DNA from: a virus
IMG/VR virus record: IMGVR_UViG_3300037312_000769
Location: 5,059-69,058 of that record
Direction: 5' to 3' (one strand)
DNA length: 64,000 bases
The notes below the pieces were generated by a model. The model was not told the DNA's origin. It saw nothing but the letters and a program-made list of their open reading frames with translations, and searched no databases. Position 1 is the stretch's first letter, and each line of letters begins with the position of its first letter. The position numbers and the translations under genes are program-made. Positions 63,714 through 64,000 of the stretch are shown one piece after another.

Positions 63714-64000
63714 GCTCGTTTCGTAAAAGTTTGGGAAATTTTTCGTAGAGAGGTTACCAAACTAGTACTAAACGGTGTGAAAAAGTAGTTTTCTTGACGG
63801 GTCGGAGAAGGCCTGCTCTCGCTTGTTTTTGCTTGGAAAGCGAGAGAAAGCTGTATAAAATAACAGTGTTCGGTGGTGCCCGGGACCGGAAACCGAAACC
63901 AACAGCAGCAATGCGACGCGCAGCCGGTTCGTAGTTTTTTCGTAGGGCCGAAACCGAACGAAGGCGGGTGGACTGGCGCAGGAACGCTAGCTCACCCTGA

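Noticed and set aside
1-64000. CRISPR arrays, rRNA genes or an obvious IS/transposase.
   Set aside because: No regularly spaced direct repeats, no rRNA-like conserved blocks and no DDE or serine-recombinase transposase motifs were seen. The only mobile-type enzymes are the GIY-YIG nuclease and the phage integrase.

Overview
High-GC (~62%) window that appears to lie almost entirely inside one mosaic temperate prophage, possibly from a Burkholderia-like betaproteobacterium (inference from GC and codon usage only). A P4-type tyrosine integrase (62706-63713, minus strand) and an AlpA/Xis-like gene sit at the right end. A lambdoid immunity core follows: an S24-peptidase CI-like repressor (45015-45734, +) and a divergent Cro-like HTH gene (44618-44929, -), flanked by two copies of a dyad operator with CTTGYA/TRCAAG half-sites. 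From cI, a long plus-strand early-left operon runs to 62.7 kb. It encodes an acyl-carrier-protein-like protein, a YqaJ-type exonuclease, an SPFH/band-7 membrane protein, a C5-cytosine methyltransferase that appears frameshifted, a J-domain protein and an ASCH protein. The minus strand carries a cII-like gene, two Rha genes, an SNF2/DEAD-like helicase, an N6/N4 DNA methyltransferase, a DUF1376 replication protein, a DnaC-like loader, NinB, NinG and a membrane-protein pair. It continues into a late region: a small cluster of phage-borne tRNAs (tRNA-Gly, a tRNA-Tyr-like gene, a 3' tRNA fragment), TerS/TerL, a GIY-YIG nuclease wedged before the portal, and a MuF-like protein. Then come a head protease/scaffold protein carrying an N-terminal NUDIX box, the major capsid protein and head-tail proteins. 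The tail module is Mu-like: sheath, tube, chaperone with an overlapping frame, tape measure with an SLT domain, hub, an HxH spike, GPW and J-like baseplate proteins, and fibres. A plus-strand moron plus a 32-aa hydrophobic peptide interrupts the baseplate operon. Beyond the fibres lie secreted carbohydrate-active candidates (a beta-helix depolymerase and two SGNH esterases) and a holin plus GH19 endolysin. The last block is a tightly coupled, terminator-delimited accessory operon: a putative HNH nuclease, a 2-TM protein, two lipoproteins and a class-3 lipase. No CRISPR array or rRNA was seen. Every call rests on motif recognition in the supplied translations and on the nucleotide sequence; no database search was possible.
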